A stretch of DNA of 64,000 nucleotides, from IMG/VR virus record IMGVR_UViG_3300037761_000250, positions 1-64,000 of that record; one strand, 5' to 3'. Shown piece by piece: positions 27,712 to 36,742 of the stretch. Each line of letters begins with the position of its first letter. The stretch's first letter is position 1. Both the position numbers and the translations under genes were made by a program. This DNA is from a virus. Its lineage: Duplodnaviria > Caudoviricetes. Under the pieces are notes generated by a model, which saw only the letters and a list, made by a program, of their open reading frames with translations, ran no database searches and had not been told where the DNA came from.

Positions 27712-27933
27712 CTAATTGTCGTCACTGATGAATCCATTGCTGTTAACTTCATCAATGATTTTCTTAAGATATGTCAACTCTTTTTCAGGGATTTTCCAGT
27801 TTTTAATATTGTCATGGTAGAATCGGTAATCTCCTTTCTCTTGTAATAGTAATATAGTCTCAATCACTTCTTTGGTTCGACAGCCTAGATGATTAGCTGC
27901 TTGTGTCGGTGAGAACCATTTTCCTGAATTCAA
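27712..27933 (-). CDS. Excisionase/MerR-like HTH protein
   Basis: WFSPTQAANHLG...WKIP pattern. Confidence 0.55.
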   Translation of the reverse strand: MNSGKWFSPTQAANHLGCRTKEVIETILLLQEKGDYRFYHDNIKNWKIPEKELTYLKKIIDEVNSNGFISDDN

Positions 27934-28163
27934 CGTGTTCCTTCTTTACACTTAGCCTTGATTAGTTCAGTTCTGTTTATCAAGAAACCCATCTTTAATT
28001 CTAAGTCTGTTTAATTGACTATAGCACCTATAAAATTCCCGTTCTATTATCTTATTAGATTCTACCGCTTCCTCATCAATAATTTGGAAGGTTCTTAAAT
28101 CATCTGGAATTGTAAAAACGCTTACCGTTTTACGTTCGTGATCGGTAATTGCTATTGATACTA

Positions 28164-28349
28164 TTAATCTTTCCATTGATTTTCTTTCTTTAAAGTAATC
28201 AATGCTTGAGCATGGATGCCACCTTGTACGTAACCCGCGTGGTCCATGCACACCGATTGTCCGTTTATTATCATATCCGCATAAGCTGCTTCTGTTGGTG
28301 GAGTAGGTTGGGGTTGGAATACGCAAATACTACAAAGCAACTCAGTCAC
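28164..28349 (-). CDS. Small Zn-binding protein
   Basis: CSIC and INGQSVCMDH. Confidence 0.55.
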   Translation of the reverse strand: MTELLCSICVFQPQPTPPTEAAYADMIINGQSVCMDHAGYVQGGIHAQALITLKKENQWKD

Positions 28350-28677
28350 GGGGCACCGCCTCGTCCTGGGTGACCAACCGAACGGTACGGATGTCCTGCT
28401 CCAAGGCGTCCAGCACCAGCAGCCATTGGCCGCCTATCTCGGCGTGGAACCGAATACGTGGTGGGGCGTCCGCCTTGTCGCCGAACAAGTAGCCTAACAA
28501 CGCGCCGGTCCAACTTACCTGGCTTGCTTTTACGTGTTCAGTGTGGCCACTGGTCCACGTGATTTCGTACGTTTGCAGTTTTCCACGCTTGGAATGTGGT
28601 GTTGGTTCAGTAAATCTAGGCGGAGTCCGCTTGGGGAACAGGGGTAGGGGCTCGTCTGTAGGGTAGTAGGGAATCAT
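28342..28677 (-). CDS. Hypothetical protein, locally high GC
   Basis: GGAG RBS; GC-rich codons compared with flanks. Confidence 0.65.
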   Translation of the reverse strand: MIPYYPTDEPLPLFPKRTPPRFTEPTPHSKRGKLQTYEITWTSGHTEHVKASQVSWTGALLGYLFGDKADAPPRIRFHAEIGGQWLLVLDALEQDIRTVRLVTQDEAVPRD

Positions 28678-28708
28678 GGTCTCTCCATTCTGGCGTCGTT
28701 ATTATTTC

Positions 28709-29014
28709 CTAATATGGAAGATCGTGCTTTTTGGCTAATTTGTAGGCTTCAAGTTCTTCCTTTTCCTTTTTTTTTTCCTTATTAATCTCACGCTTTTGTC
28801 GGTTAGTTGGTCGACTTATCCAAGCCAATAATGCCATTCCAATACCAATGAGAGCTGCTACTGGCCAAGCAATCATAATTGCGAACAAAGGTATCCAACC
28901 ATCTTCTTCGGGATCCATACAGTTTTCGAAATATTTATCATCTATAATATATGCCAAACGAGCTGAAAATACTCCAACTAACAAATAACCTAGTATAATC
29001 ACCCAAACCAACAA
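28709..29014 (-). CDS. Membrane protein
   Basis: Two hydrophobic helices and basic C-terminus. Confidence 0.65.
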   Translation of the reverse strand: MLVWVIILGYLLVGVFSARLAYIIDDKYFENCMDPEEDGWIPLFAIMIAWPVAALIGIGMALLAWISRPTNRQKREINKEKKKEKEELEAYKLAKKHDLPY

Positions 29015-29203
29015 CTAGTTCACGTCCTTAGTTATAGAATATCCGCATTGTTTCAATGCTTTAATTACATTTTGTGCAAAACGCTCGCGCACGCTAAAAT
29101 TTAAGAATGGTTTTCCTCCTGGGGCAAGTGGCCTACCAAATTCTTTGCATGCCTCGTTAGCTATAATGGATATGTGAATTGAATGATTATGTTTTGATGT
29201 CAT
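29015..29203 (-). CDS. Hypothetical protein
   Basis: Tightly packed ORF. Confidence 0.5.
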   Translation of the reverse strand: MTSKHNHSIHISIIANEACKEFGRPLAPGGKPFLNFSVRERFAQNVIKALKQCGYSITKDVN

Positions 29204-29382
29204 GGATGCTTAACCCAATCTAATGTTTCTTGGATACTTTTTCCAATATTCAGCCAATTTGTATTGTAAACCTTTTTTCTGTTTTGAAGATTTGCTCTAG
29301 CCAAACAATAACGAACAGCGTTATCTAGCAAATCAATTGTTTCATAATGGGATTCATTGGGAACTTCAAACGTTATTTTCAT
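29200..29382 (-). CDS. Hypothetical protein
   Basis: Overlapping start/stop with neighbours. Confidence 0.5.
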   Translation of the reverse strand: MKITFEVPNESHYETIDLLDNAVRYCLARANLQNRKKVYNTNWLNIGKSIQETLDWVKHP

Positions 29383-29563
29383 TTACGTCAACCTCGTATA
29401 GTTTCACATCTACGTAACCATTATGTGCATCTCTCCTAGCAATCCTGCGTGCTCCCCATCTTGTGCACGCATAGGATATAACCCTACCTTCATTTGTAGA
29501 GACTTCATAACGAAATATTATGGGAACGTGTTCATAGCGAACAATTTTATATATTTTCTTCAT
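29366..29563 (-). CDS. Hypothetical protein
   Basis: Tightly packed ORF. Confidence 0.5.
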   Translation of the reverse strand: MKKIYKIVRYEHVPIIFRYEVSTNEGRVISYACTRWGARRIARRDAHNGYVDVKLYEVDVNENNV

Positions 29564-29566
29564 TTT

Positions 29567-29839
29567 TTATTTTTCCACCCGTGGAGAGTAATATTTTGAC
29601 CTTCCCTCTATTTTTACTTTTTGTAGATCAGCTAGTACGTCATGTTCCGGATCGTCCCATGGTAGTACGTGTGGAGGTTCGCAATCATCTCCGTAATAGT
29701 GCGTTCGGGGAAGCGCGCTTGGGCATTTTTTGTCATGCTTAATTTCTCCATTTCTCCATGGTTTATGACAAATAATGCAACGTTGTCCATCCATATTAAT
29801 TCTTTTCTTGTATTGTCTTCTCACGGACGTGCTTACCAA
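29567..29839 (-). CDS. Hypothetical protein
   Basis: CIIC...HDKKC motif. Confidence 0.5.
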   Translation of the reverse strand: MVSTSVRRQYKKRINMDGQRCIICHKPWRNGEIKHDKKCPSALPRTHYYGDDCEPPHVLPWDDPEHDVLADLQKVKIEGRSKYYSPRVEK

Positions 29840-30182
29840 ACCGCCGAAGCATATCTATCACTTCATCCTTTAAACGGTACTTGGCGTCGTTCCACTCGAC
29901 GTATTCATCTATACCTGAATGAAGACACCCAGCTTCCGTTATCGTAAATTCAGTGAGTGCATCTTCCAGTGATGCATCCAAATTGTCGAACGACTGTATA
30001 GCAGAAAACAACGGCACAACACCTGCTTCTATTTCGACATTAAGAGCTGCCAACAGTCCTCCGCGCATACACACTTTGCCATCGGCATCGATCTCTTCAC
30101 CTTGGCACCACCCGCGTATGCTGATTTCGTCTGCGGCCTTGTCGGCAATATCTGCCCATTCGGGTTTTAAGTTATGATCCAT
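29796..30182 (-). CDS. DUF6197-like actinobacterial protein
   Basis: GWCQG, GKVCMRGGL, WND...R...V..ML pattern. Confidence 0.55.
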   Translation of the reverse strand: MDHNLKPEWADIADKAADEISIRGWCQGEEIDADGKVCMRGGLLAALNVEIEAGVVPLFSAIQSFDNLDASLEDALTEFTITEAGCLHSGIDEYVEWNDAKYRLKDEVIDMLRRFGKHVREKTIQEKN

Positions 30183-30373
30183 CAGTGATCTTCCTTATAT
30201 TTTGCTGTCATGTAGGCCATGTGATCCTTGTAGAGAATAAGCTGTGTTCATTATTGTGATACAATTTAATTAGGTCCTGTTCGGTAGCTGATTTATTATT
30301 CTTTTTTAGTTTTTCAAAAAGCAAATCGAACAGAATTCCTTCATCATCAAACAATTCAACGCATGCTTCACAT

Positions 30374-30604
30374 TTATTTTCCATTTTTAAAATTCCAAAA
30401 TTCTTCAATTTCTTCTATAAGTTGATGGGCATAGGAAGGATCGTCATGACATATTGACAACATCCACTGTTCAACAACATTTTCAAATGTTTCAGGTCCA
30501 CGGAAAACATAGTCTGAATCATATCTTGCTACAAAATATCGGTGAATTTGAACTTGTATATCAAGATCACTTTTATCACCAAAATGGTCTGCTACTTTGC
30601 TCAC
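30374..30604 (-). CDS. Hypothetical protein
   Basis: ORF in operon. Confidence 0.5.
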   Translation of the reverse strand: MSKVADHFGDKSDLDIQVQIHRYFVARYDSDYVFRGPETFENVVEQWMLSICHDDPSYAHQLIEEIEEFWNFKNGK

Positions 30605-30616
30605 TTTATACTCTTT

Positions 30617-30799
30617 CTATTTTTGAAAATATGAGTGGATAAGTGCAGTAGACAAATAGCACAAACCTAACAATACTGGACATGCTTCAATGGCTGTTCG
30701 TGGGTCGATAATTGCCACCGTTAAAGGAACTACGATACCAATGCCAAGCGCGCTTAGTAAAGCAATTATTCTCCATATAAAACAATTGCGCGCTGCCAC
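30617..30799 (-). CDS. Small membrane protein
   Basis: Two hydrophobic segments. Confidence 0.5.
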   Translation of the reverse strand: MAARNCFIWRIIALLSALGIGIVVPLTVAIIDPRTAIEACPVLLGLCYLSTALIHSYFQK

Positions 30800-30805
30800 A
30801 CGGCA

Positions 30806-31171
30806 TCATCCATCTGTTTTTGAAGTAACGAGCACCATCGTCGCTCCCTCACGAAGTAGGTCACTCACGGACACACCCCGCTCGGTAGCCAGATCGCGCA
30901 GAGCAATCACAATTTCCGAATCCAACCTAAACGAGATCATCTGGCCAAGTCGCTTTGGTGCAACGGGCACGGCGGACTCGACATCAATCTCATCACAATT
31001 AATTTGCGCCAAATCCCTGCGTTTATTCTCACTTAGATGTTCAACTATGTGAACCCGGCACATCGCTGTCCCATCGACCAGGTAATCCACTGGCTGATCA
31101 CATATGATGCCGTGTGTGAATATTGGACAATAGAGCGTGCTCATATCAACTCTTTCTCCATAACCACCCAC
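30806..31171 (-). CDS. Ribbon-helix-helix (CopG-like) DNA-binding protein
   Basis: MISFRLDSEIVIALRDLATERGVSVSDLLREG. Confidence 0.7.
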   Translation of the reverse strand: MGGYGERVDMSTLYCPIFTHGIICDQPVDYLVDGTAMCRVHIVEHLSENKRRDLAQINCDEIDVESAVPVAPKRLGQMISFRLDSEIVIALRDLATERGVSVSDLLREGATMVLVTSKTDG

Positions 31172-31175
31172 TTAT

Positions 31176-32585
31176 CTACAATTCTCCAAGTAGTTGTTTA
31201 ACAACTGCCCAGTTCATGGCAATTCCGTCAAGACGCTCTGCGTCTAGCGTGTCGTCAGCTACAATGTCAATTACTTGGGTAGCGTTCTTTTGTCCTATTC
31301 GATGCAATCTGTCTTCTGCTTGTATGTTAAGCGATTGTGCCCAATCTCGATCTGTAAATATTACTGTGTTGCTATTGGTAAGAGTAAGGGCTACGCCTCC
31401 AGCTTTAATTGTTCCAGCGAACACTCTTAGTTTATTATTTTGGAAATTATCAACTATTCGATCTCGTTCGGTCTTCTTGACCGAACCGGTATATATACCA
31501 TGACTAATCCCAGCCTTTTCCAAACGAGCGCCTAGTAGATTAATCATTTGACTGAATTGACTAAACACTACAATAGGTAAATCAGTAGACTGAACAATGT
31601 TCAGGACTGCGTCTAGCTTAGATGACGGATCATCCAAAAATACTTTAGTTCTAACTTCTTCTTGAAAATCTGCCCGTGCACCTTGAGGATGTGGACCAAT
31701 GTGTTCTAATCGTGCATAAGCACAGGCAAATTGTTGTAATCTCATCAACTGTGCAATTACTATTGGAGCGTTGATGGGTTCATGTTCGTGTTCACCAACC
31801 CAAGCAATCATATCCTTTTTCATTGCATCGTATGCTTTGCGTTGCTTGCTGTGAAGTTCAACCTTTATCGTACTATAATATTTGTCTGGTAAGTCTTTAA
31901 GAACTTCTGCTTTGCGACGTCTAATATAGAACGGTCGCATTTGCGACATTAACTCTTCTTCGTTTTTTACTCCAACAACTTGCTTATAACCATTCCAGTC
32001 GGCCCATTCAATATACCGTTTGAAATAGCTCCAATAACTTGACCAAAACTTCGGATACAACCAGTTCAGAATTGACCACAAGTCGTCTGGCTTATTGAAT
32101 ACCGGAGTACCGGTCAGTCCAGTCTTATACATTGACTTGATTTTTTTGAGTGCTTTGGTCTGAGCCGATTTACGATTTTGTAGGTTGTGTGCCTCATCAC
32201 CAATTACGTGAAACCATGGGTATTTTTCCAGTTCAGGTTCTAGCCTAAGCATAGGCCAATGGCAAATGTAGACGTCGAAGTAACCGGCCTCTACTGCCTC
32301 CATAAATGGCTCACGGTTTTTGTTATTGATCGGCATGACCGATAGGTGGGGAGCCCACTTTCGAAAATGCTCGGTCCAGGAACTATCTGAACCAGAAACT
32401 ACGCTAAGTGGGCACACCACCAAAGTCTTAACTGGCTGATCTAGCTTCTTTCGTCGCTCAACATCTAAAGCGATGGCAGTAACTGTCTTACCTAAGCCCA
32501 TGTCGTCACCAATTAGAACACTACGGATATCATTTAATTTATCCACAGCTTCTTTTTGGAACGGAAACAAACTTAATTTGGTCAC
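31176..32585 (-). CDS. SNF2-family helicase
   Basis: GDDMGLGKT, DEAH, LTGTP, RRRK, QAEDRLHRIGQ. Confidence 0.93.
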   Translation of the reverse strand: MTKLSLFPFQKEAVDKLNDIRSVLIGDDMGLGKTVTAIALDVERRKKLDQPVKTLVVCPLSVVSGSDSSWTEHFRKWAPHLSVMPINNKNREPFMEAVEAGYFDVYICHWPMLRLEPELEKYPWFHVIGDEAHNLQNRKSAQTKALKKIKSMYKTGLTGTPVFNKPDDLWSILNWLYPKFWSSYWSYFKRYIEWADWNGYKQVVGVKNEEELMSQMRPFYIRRRKAEVLKDLPDKYYSTIKVELHSKQRKAYDAMKKDMIAWVGEHEHEPINAPIVIAQLMRLQQFACAYARLEHIGPHPQGARADFQEEVRTKVFLDDPSSKLDAVLNIVQSTDLPIVVFSQFSQMINLLGARLEKAGISHGIYTGSVKKTERDRIVDNFQNNKLRVFAGTIKAGGVALTLTNSNTVIFTDRDWAQSLNIQAEDRLHRIGQKNATQVIDIVADDTLDAERLDGIAMNWAVVKQLLGEL

Positions 32586-32597
32586 TGGAATCGCCCA

Positions 32598-32840
32598 CTA
32601 ATTACTTGATTTGTTTACATCACGTTTGTCCATTTGTTTTTTGATAAAGTTTGATACATCTTGCAAACAGTCTTGACTCCATATCGCGGGCACATTGTCT
32701 ACACTCAAACTGAGTACGTACCTTCGCCATCCTCCATACCACTTTACATATCCAAGGTAGGAGCCGTCGTTAGAGTTTTCGACTTTCCACACCTTTGTTT
32801 TACCAGTGTCTGATATTTCTGTAAATTGCAAAAATGTCAT
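32598..32840 (-). CDS. Hypothetical protein
   Basis: LG.VKWYGGWRRY motif; ORF in operon. Confidence 0.6.
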   Translation of the reverse strand: MTFLQFTEISDTGKTKVWKVENSNDGSYLGYVKWYGGWRRYVLSLSVDNVPAIWSQDCLQDVSNFIKKQMDKRDVNKSSN

Positions 32841-33073
32841 GGTGTGTTAGGCCAATCAAAATCAGGATCATAGAAGTAATTGTATGATATTGTAAGTTCG
32901 CTCACCGGAAAAGATCTTATGTCCGGCTTGAGAACAGGTGCGTTTATCTTTCTTCCACAAAAGTAACACTTGCCATGGAGATCAGCAATTCCATGACCGC
33001 TAATTGATTCTTGGCATTCCCGTGGCCAATTACGTTCCTCCGTATACCAAAATAATTTGGTGTATCCCATCAT
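32837..33073 (-). CDS. Hypothetical protein
   Basis: ORF in operon. Confidence 0.55.
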   Translation of the reverse strand: MMGYTKLFWYTEERNWPRECQESISGHGIADLHGKCYFCGRKINAPVLKPDIRSFPVSELTISYNYFYDPDFDWPNTP

Positions 33074-33399
33074 TACTCAATTCTTATTTCTTTAATCTTA
33101 GATAAATGATCGGCATTCCTTTGGGCACGTTCAATTCTTTCACGTGCACTCACGCCACCAGTTGTCGGAAAACTTTTTTCACGATTCGTTGTTGGCTCAG
33201 GAACTGTGCCGTCTGGTCGTACCTGAACGATCCAATCTCGATCAAATCGCTTGCACCTAGTGTTTGCACACCTAAAAATATGTAGCTCACCAGGTGGTGG
33301 CTCGAATTTCTTCTTTGGAAGAGGTCGACGTCCGGCTGACTTACCTAGTTCATTACAAGTAGGACAACGGCGGGCCTCATCTAAAGTTGAATCAACCAT
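33073..33399 (-). CDS. Zn-ribbon hypothetical protein
   Basis: CPTC and CANTRC. Confidence 0.6.
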   Translation of the reverse strand: MVDSTLDEARRCPTCNELGKSAGRRPLPKKKFEPPPGELHIFRCANTRCKRFDRDWIVQVRPDGTVPEPTTNREKSFPTTGGVSARERIERAQRNADHLSKIKEIRIE

Positions 33400-33545
33400 A
33401 TCTCCACATCAATTCTTAGAAAATTTCATAACTTTTTATTATCGACGAAATGCTAACAGCGTTTTGATGCTGAGCACTATCGAAAAGAATACTAACAGCA
33501 CAACGCCAGCGGTCAGAACGATATCTTCCATCTTACACCTCTTTC

Positions 33546-33746
33546 TTAATCGTCTTCATCGTCTTCATCGTCTTCATCGTCTTCATCGTCTTCATACTCG
33601 CCATCACCATCACAGTATTGACAATTAGTCGAACCTCGACAGTCGGCACAAGTTTCATCATTATCATTTTCTTGTACTACTGTGCCAGTACCTTCACATT
33701 CTGCACATTCACCGGTACCGTCACACTCTTCGCAATTAATCAACAC
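33546..33746 (-). CDS. DnaJ-type CxxCxGxG Zn-finger mini-protein with acidic tail
   Basis: Four CxxCxG motifs; tail encoded by five 9-bp tandem units at 33549-33593. Confidence 0.7.
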   Translation of the reverse strand: MLINCEECDGTGECAECEGTGTVVQENDNDETCADCRGSTNCQYCDGDGEYEDDEDDEDDEDDEDD

Positions 33747-33942
33747 TTTCGTCTCCGTTTTCTAGAAGCCTATGTACTTCTTTAACTGGATACCTACGAC
33801 GTCCATTTGGTAATTCTATGTTGATAATTCTACCTTCTTTTGCCCATTTATTAACTGTTTTTGGACTTACACGAAAAAAGGCAGCTACTTCTGATGGAGT
33901 GTAAAAACATTGGACTTTTGGATCTAGTTTGTTTTCATTCAT
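33736..33942 (-). CDS. BldC-like MerR-family DNA-binding protein
   Basis: YTPSEVAAFFRVSPKTVNKWAKEGRI closely parallels Streptomyces BldC LTPAEVATMFRVDPKTVTRWAKAGKL. Confidence 0.8.
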   Translation of the reverse strand: MNENKLDPKVQCFYTPSEVAAFFRVSPKTVNKWAKEGRIINIELPNGRRRYPVKEVHRLLENGDESVD

Positions 33943-34327
33943 GATCTAAGGACCCATGAATTTGTTTGGCTATTTCTTGGGCAGTTTGACCATGATCTAC
34001 CCAATCATAACCTTTACGAGCTAACTCATAAGCAATTGATTTGTCAACTTCATGCTTTTTTTCGAGTATTTCACCAACCGATACCTCATCATAAATTTTC
34101 ATTTTACCTCTCAAAATTTTCTCACGCTGCCTCTGAGTCGTTCCTCCCCAAATACCATGTAATTTAGTCACGGGCCAACTGAGCGCGTATCTTAAACATT
34201 CATTGGTAACTGGACAGCGACGGCAAACTGACTTTGCCTTTTTTGGTTTTCTTCCAGCGTCCTTAAAGAATATTTCTCTATCATAATTACGACAAAGTGC
34301 TTTTTCTTGCCAAGATAGGTCGTCCAT
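33935..34327 (-). CDS. whiB: WhiB-family Fe-S transcription factor
   Basis: W...A.C, FF, AK.VC..CPV..EC, GIWGG.T...R. Confidence 0.92.
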   Translation of the reverse strand: MDDLSWQEKALCRNYDREIFFKDAGRKPKKAKSVCRRCPVTNECLRYALSWPVTKLHGIWGGTTQRQREKILRGKMKIYDEVSVGEILEKKHEVDKSIAYELARKGYDWVDHGQTAQEIAKQIHGSLDHE

Positions 34328-34547
34328 ATGTCAACTCCAAATTTCCTCTTTCGTCATATTCAAAGTTCAGCTTTGTTACATCGACGACAAAGGACTTAGG
34401 AAGTGAAATATATCCACCAGCATGTTTTACCACACCGGCCAAAAGCTTAGTTACCGTCAAGAAAGCTTCTACTTCCTTTAGGTCTTGAGTTTTGGACACG
34501 ATAGATACGTAATCATCGATCAATTTGCCCTCAAAGTCCCCTACCAC
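34287..34547 (-). CDS. Hypothetical protein
   Basis: ORF in operon. Confidence 0.55.
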   Translation of the reverse strand: MVGDFEGKLIDDYVSIVSKTQDLKEVEAFLTVTKLLAGVVKHAGGYISLPKSFVVDVTKLNFEYDERGNLELTYGRPILARKSTLS

Positions 34548-34738
34548 TTTTCATTCTCCCAATTTTGGTAGACAATCCAAGCATATTTGGTTCCATGCTT
34601 TCCATACCAATTGAACAAAGCACGCTTACGTTGCGAATCCGAACGCAGATTATTTAAGTAATTTACATCTTTGTCTGTTAGTTCACCTATGTATCGATAT
34701 CTATTTATAGGTGTTTCACTTACCCATTCAATTACCAT
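34541..34738 (-). CDS. Hypothetical protein
   Basis: ATG at 34738 directly after stop of a 56-codon ORF (34740-34910). Confidence 0.5.
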   Translation of the reverse strand: MVIEWVSETPINRYRYIGELTDKDVNYLNNLRSDSQRKRALFNWYGKHGTKYAWIVYQNWENEKW

Positions 34739-34933
34739 ATTACGAAAATACAATGCCAGCAGCAGTGAACAGGCCATTATCTACTAGGCAAACGGGTAAA
34801 TAATTTGCTGTACTATGAAATTTCCTCGGTGCACCTGCTGGCAATCGAACTCCATTTTCAAAAAGCCATGCCTCTTTGGTCATATTGGTCGGATTAATAT
34901 AAATTCCCATTTCTACCTTCTTTCTTTTAGGAG

Positions 34934-35006
34934 TGCCCCCAACAGGATTCGAACCTGCGACCTTCGCATTAAAAGTGCGTAGCTCTGGCCACTGAGCTAT
35001 GGAGGC
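34934..35006 (-). tRNA. trnK: tRNA-Lys(UUU)
   Basis: Cloverleaf: GCCTCCA/TGGGGGC acceptor, loop CT-TTT-AA, GGTTCGAATCC T arm. Confidence 0.92.
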
Positions 35007-35056
35007 AAAAATGGGGAGGCTATATGCCTCCCCGTTTTTATTTCAACAAATATGTT

Positions 35057-35557
35057 CTACAGTCCTACCTCAGTTGCTGCATGTTCCGCTTGCTTTGTGG
35101 TAAATCCTTCGAATTCCAACTGCTCGATCAGTCCTTGACGGGAGAAGTTCGAGAACTCAAGGTAATTCTCGGCACTACCAACAGCCTGCGCCATCCAGTC
35201 TACATCTAGATAATCAACCGCGAACTCGGCATCTTCCGTAGAGAATCCTTCGAGTTCTAATTGATTAATAAGTCCCTTGCGGGAGAAATTGAAAATATCC
35301 AGGTAATTTTGAGCCGATCCAGTTGCTTGTTTCTGGGCAGTTGTCAACTCTGGATCGGTTGACATTTCTGTTTCTTTATTATTCTCAGGTTGAACGGTAA
35401 TGTTATCGCTCTGTCCTAAAGACGTAAGGGTAACAATTGTACCAAGAAGACACATCCCCAAAATTCCAACTAATACAATTAGAACAATCCTTCTTGTTTT
35501 GTTCTTCTTCTTTTTCGGAGGAAACTCTCCGTTTTGTTGTGGATAATACTGTGTCAC
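35057..35557 (-). CDS. Ltp-family lipoprotein (superinfection exclusion-like)
   Basis: TM helix then two SA.NYL....FSR.GLI.QL..EGF repeats. Confidence 0.85.
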   Translation of the reverse strand: MTQYYPQQNGEFPPKKKKNKTRRIVLIVLVGILGMCLLGTIVTLTSLGQSDNITVQPENNKETEMSTDPELTTAQKQATGSAQNYLDIFNFSRKGLINQLELEGFSTEDAEFAVDYLDVDWMAQAVGSAENYLEFSNFSRQGLIEQLEFEGFTTKQAEHAATEVGL

Positions 35558-35604
35558 TAAATTCCTTTCAAGTATTTAAGATATAATATATGGTTTCACT
35601 TGCG

Positions 35605-35677
35605 TAGTCCCAATGGGATTTGAACCCATGTCTCCGGAGCGAAAATCCGGAATCCTTGGCCACTAGACGATGGAACC
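35605..35677 (-). tRNA. trnE: tRNA-Glu(UUC)
   Basis: GGTTCCA/TGGGACT acceptor, CCGGA-TT-TTC-GC-TCCGG anticodon arm, GGTTCAAATCC. Confidence 0.9.
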
Positions 35678-35679
35678 AG

Positions 35680-35779
35680 GGAATAGTGTTGCGGTTGGAA
35701 ATTCCGCCTCCGTGCCTCACTATTGCTCAATGGCAAGATTACTCGGCAAGGTACCTTCCACGGCCCTCTTCACTATTCC
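35680..35779 (-). ncRNA. Candidate 100-nt structured RNA between tRNA-Glu and tRNA-Gln
   Basis: Terminal 9-bp helix GGAATAGTG/CACTATTCC, internal CCGTG/CACGG and hairpins. Confidence 0.45.
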
Positions 35780-35780
35780 G

Positions 35781-35852
35781 CTGGGATACCAAGATTCGAA
35801 CTTGGACTGTCGGAACCAAAATCCGATGGCCTGCCATTTAGCCTATATCCCA
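35781..35852 (-). tRNA. trnQ: tRNA-Gln(UUG)
   Basis: TGGGATA/TATCCCA acceptor, TCGGA-TT-TTG-GT-TCCGA, AGTTCGAATCT. Confidence 0.9.
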
Positions 35853-35856
35853 TTGC

Positions 35857-36290
35857 AGTGTTGAGGTTATTCACGTCTCTAGAAAGTAAACGGACAAAGA
35901 AAACTTTCGAGCCGAAGAACAGGAATGTTTGGAGCCATTCCTGCATTGTTCTTAAAACAATTGTTCCCTCAACACTACGCTTATTGAACCCACGTCAGTG
36001 ACCTAAGATGATTAACAGCCTGTGATGTTAATTTATCATCTTATATTAGATGGTCATTGACGTGGGTCTTTCACAACTCAGGACTTGACTAATAATCAAG
36101 TAAGGCGCCTGAGCTAGCTTTAAGTGGGTATCGTGGTTGCCAGCCCATACCCAGTAAATCTCACCTGGCCGAACAGATGTATTCACAGTGCGTCGGTGCA
36201 CAGACAGAGCGTTCTATTGTCCAAACGGGTCAGGGTGCTTGAGCAATTAACGGGTGTCTTTACCATTTGTTAGTAAAATTTACTAACATC
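35857..36290 (-). ncRNA. Candidate structured ncRNA region
   Basis: Consecutive stems 35857-35866/35967-35976, 35988-36003/36052-36067 and further hairpins; no credible ORF. Confidence 0.55.
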
Positions 36291-36294
36291 GACG

Positions 36295-36436
36295 TGGGGC
36301 GGACAGGACTTGAACCTGTATCCTGCTGTCGTCGTTCACCCACCGGAAACCTCGCCTTGGTTGGCTACTCAGCCCAGCTATTTTCCAGCTTAACAGGTGG
36401 TGCTAGCACGCAGCTCTACCGTTGAGCTACCGCCCC
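36295..36436 (-). tRNA. Atypical 142-nt tRNA with ~69-nt structured insertion (Ala-like body, possible AGC anticodon)
   Basis: GGGGCGG/CCGCCCC acceptor, GCTC/GAGC D stem, ACAGG-TTCAAGT-CCTGT T arm; insertion folds into three hairpins. Confidence 0.7.
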
Positions 36437-36438
36437 TC

Positions 36439-36742
36439 GATGGAGGAAAATGGCCATTCCCTCCATCTATCTACATTTGTTTAAGGAAAATAAACGTAGA
36501 AAACAACCCCACAGTTTAGGATGCACGTCCCGAGATAGCGGTTCTCACAACTTTTGTGTGACTTGTCACGAACCACCAGCTAAAGAAGTTTGTAAACGTG
36601 CATTCCAAACTTCTTTACTGGTTCAGTCGATGACGAGGAGTAAGTTGCCAACTCACCTCGAACCTCACGCAGTCGAGGCCAAGCGTCCAGTTTTGGTTTT
36701 GTTCACTTTAAGTGAACCAAGGTGTAACTGGAAAACACCTCG
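36439..36742 (-). ncRNA. Candidate ~300-nt structured ncRNA
   Basis: Stems gatggagg/cctccatc, 36581-36592/36606-36617, gttcact/agtgaac; loop complementary to 36521-36528. Confidence 0.55.

Noticed and set aside
36340-36410. Hammerhead ribozyme in the tRNA insertion
   Set aside because: CTGAGTA does not match the CUGANGA core and GAAA is not in the required junction position.
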